Of a stretch of 32,000 nucleotides of DNA, positions 31,558 to 32,000 are shown one piece after another. The stretch is taken from positions 2,880,001 to 2,912,000 of the forward strand of contig NZ_CP066018.1 of the NCBI RefSeq assembly GCF_016127575.1, read 5' to 3'. How positions within the stretch are numbered: position 1 is the first letter of the stretch; every line of letters starts with the position of its first letter. A program made the position numbers and the translations under genes. This stretch comes from Cupriavidus necator (GTDB taxonomy: Bacteria > Pseudomonadota > Gammaproteobacteria > Burkholderiales > Burkholderiaceae). Below the pieces are notes generated by a model that had not been told where the DNA came from, did no database searches, and saw only the letters and a list, made by a program, of their open reading frames with translations.

Positions 31558-32000
31558 TCAGGGCATCCCCCCAAACATCACCAGCATATCGTTCTGACTC
31601 ACATGTGGACGCTTCGAGCGCGTCTGCTTGCGTGCATAGTTGCCGTCCGGCTGCATGATCCACGCCGAGGCGTTGTCGCGCAGGTGCACCTGCAGGCTTT
31701 CCTTGATGACGCGTGCCTTCAGCGCCTTGTCCAGCACCGGGAAGGCAACTTCCACGCGGCGGAACAGGTTGCGGTCCATCCAGTCGGCGCTGGACAGGTA
31801 CAGCACCTCTTCGCCGCCGGCGTAGAAGTAGTAGACCCGGTGGTGTTCCAGGAAGCGGCCGATGATCGAGCGCACCGAGATGTTCTCGGACATGCCCGGC
31901 ACGCCCGGCATCAGCGCACACACGCCGCGCACGATCAGGTCGATCTTCACCCCCGCGCGCGAGGCCTTGTACAGCTCGTCGATGATCGATGGCTCCAGCA
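31558..32000 (-). CDS. ppk: Polyphosphate kinase 1, C-terminal part only; the gene continues beyond the window end
   Basis: ..IDLIVRGVCALMPGVPGMSENISVRSIIGRFLEHHRVYYFYAGGEEVLYLSSADWMDRNLFRRVEVAFPV.. matches the PPK1 C2 (PLD-like) domain. The frame stays open to base 32000. Confidence 0.9.
   Translation of the reverse strand, partial: LEPSIIDELYKASRAGVKIDLIVRGVCALMPGVPGMSENISVRSIIGRFLEHHRVYYFYAGGEEVLYLSSADWMDRNLFRRVEVAFPVLDKALKARVIKESLQVHLRDNASAWIMQPDGNYARKQTRSKRPHVSQNDMLVMFGGMP

Overview
High-GC chromosomal segment. Gene content and order look like a Burkholderiaceae (Cupriavidus/Ralstonia-type) betaproteobacterium; this taxon call is an inference from composition, synteny and remembered protein sequences, not a search. 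I support 27 CDS, almost all on the + strand. In order: mltD (5'-truncated) | prpE | a seven-gene CoA-dependent aromatic-acid catabolic operon (3733-11577) | carA-leuE-carB | greA | DUF4149 membrane protein | yhbY (-) divergent from rlmE-ftsH-folP-glmM | pstSCAB-phoU-phoB-phoR, convergent with ppk (-, 5' end outside the window). I saw no rRNA, tRNA, CRISPR array, IS element, integrase or phage gene. The many long antisense or alternative-frame ORFs in the track are ordinary high-GC artefacts. Most of the window is conserved housekeeping DNA. The only accessory-like block is 1669-11577. Its core is a fusion flavoprotein of the 2-aminobenzoyl-CoA monooxygenase/reductase type, followed by an SDR, a non-canonical-looking crotonase, an acyl-CoA dehydrogenase, an aryl-CoA ligase, a 4HBT thioesterase and a Rid-family protein. 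There is no thiolase, ring-cleavage dioxygenase, transporter or regulator. This enzyme family is already described, so I do not claim a new system. The lower pathway is biochemically unresolved, and this is the best candidate for follow-up. Other items worth a second look: an AT-rich near-palindrome upstream of that operon, a consensus promoter with a ~230-nt leader before carA, an amino-acid exporter between carA and carB, a phased GGCGCT repeat in the yhbY/rlmE divergent region, a palindrome upstream of ftsH, unusual Pho-box geometry before pstS, and a hairpin-bearing 133-bp phoB-phoR spacer.
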